Below, piece by piece: positions 62,939 to 64,000 of a stretch of 64,000 bases of DNA. Below the pieces are notes generated by a model, which made no database searches, was not told the DNA's origin, and saw only the letters and a program-made list of their open reading frames with translations. A program made the position numbers and the translations under genes. Location: the NCBI RefSeq assembly GCF_001949145.1, contig NW_019091359.1, positions 3,715,159 through 3,779,158 of the forward strand, written 5' to 3'. The DNA is from Acanthaster planci. Taxonomy: Eukaryota. Position 1 is the stretch's first letter. Each line of letters opens with the position of its first letter.

Positions 62939-64000
62939 CCCTCATCGTTGGGAATGTGTACATGAAACACAATCTAGTGGCTTAATCAAAACTTTAAATC
63001 AATGCGGAAACTTGTTAGAAGGTCGGGAAGGGTTAGGGCGATACTCATAATTCTATTTAGAACATTTGCAAGTGACCTTCTAGCTGACTAAACTAGAAAT
63101 AAGAGTGACATTTCCTGCTTGAAAAGGAGGTTTCTACTGGAACCGTGAGCAGTCAAGGAGCCATTGCTGTTTATTAGATTGAGACTGGAAATGTTTTAGT
63201 TCGCATTGGGTCGTGGGAAAGGACTTAAACTGGGACTTGAAATCAACCTTTGGCTCCGATCGTTCAAATACAATGCCTTGAGTGGGTCCTCTTGAAAGCT
63301 TTTTGGCACTCTTCGTGTTTCTATAAATTTCAAGTATTCAAGAACCCATTATTTCTTATCAGACCTTAGAAATGCAGTTTATAAACTATTAGAAATCATT
63401 TCCAGTAAATGACGTCAGTTGATTGGCACAAATCACTTAATCGCTTTCTCGAGTGACATCTTCAAGTGTTTGTCAGAAGAAATGCATTATCGGATTATGG
63501 TGTACATGTAGTACCACAATGCAGGTTTGCAACGCGTGCAATTCGTGGGAATAAACCTTCCCTTAACTCTAATCGTGAAGAAATAACGTAAATTGAATTA
63601 AATTTAGTTTGCAAAAGCTCTTTAAAATTTCAAATAATAGACACATTAACATTTGACATCGCTTGTTTGTGATTGGGGGAGGTTTTTTTTCTTTCTTTTC
63701 TTGTGGATTTTAAACAAGAGAGAATCGACCTCGTCAAAACGGTGTATTCAGTGATGATTACATCACTTTGAAGAGAGGCAGTCTCAAAATACAATTACGT
63801 TCCGGCTAATGGTTGTAATTGTTTGCTGGCAATAGATACTTCGTGGATGCCCACTGTACCTGAACAAAAGTGCGTGGTTGTGGTTGAAAAGGTAGCATGA
63901 GTCGACCTCTGACCCTGTGGTGATGTATGGGGCAGGAGGTTACACAACAATGAGGGTGACAGAAGTCAGGTGAATAAACCTTCTTGGGGTGCCATCCTTC

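Overview
This window is AT-rich, intron-rich animal DNA, most likely from a marine invertebrate deuterostome (inferred from gene content, not proven), with two assembly gaps. From left to right it contains: the last three exons of DcpS (+); a multi-exon CNBD2-like cyclic-nucleotide-binding gene (+); an intronless tandem-BTB KCTD-like gene (-); three tandem, co-oriented ectoine synthase (EctC)-like genes (-); a second CNBD2-like paralog (-) facing the first; and a secreted Cu/Zn superoxide dismutase (+). The EctC cluster is the standout. It is a bacterial-type enzyme family embedded among spliced animal genes. Each copy is a fused double cupin (a degenerate EctC domain plus a catalytic-type EctC domain) with an intronless CDS and a predicted 5'-UTR intron. 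The copies differ at active-site residues, copies 2 and 3 share an apparent gene-conversion tract, and no ectA/ectB is visible. Mobile DNA includes a decayed LINE RT, three unrelated non-autonomous elements with TATG(G)...CCATA ends and 6-bp TSDs (IS3EU-like), hAT-like and piggyBac-like MITEs, and a minimal hammerhead-like motif. Exon boundaries and alignments were read by eye, without tools.
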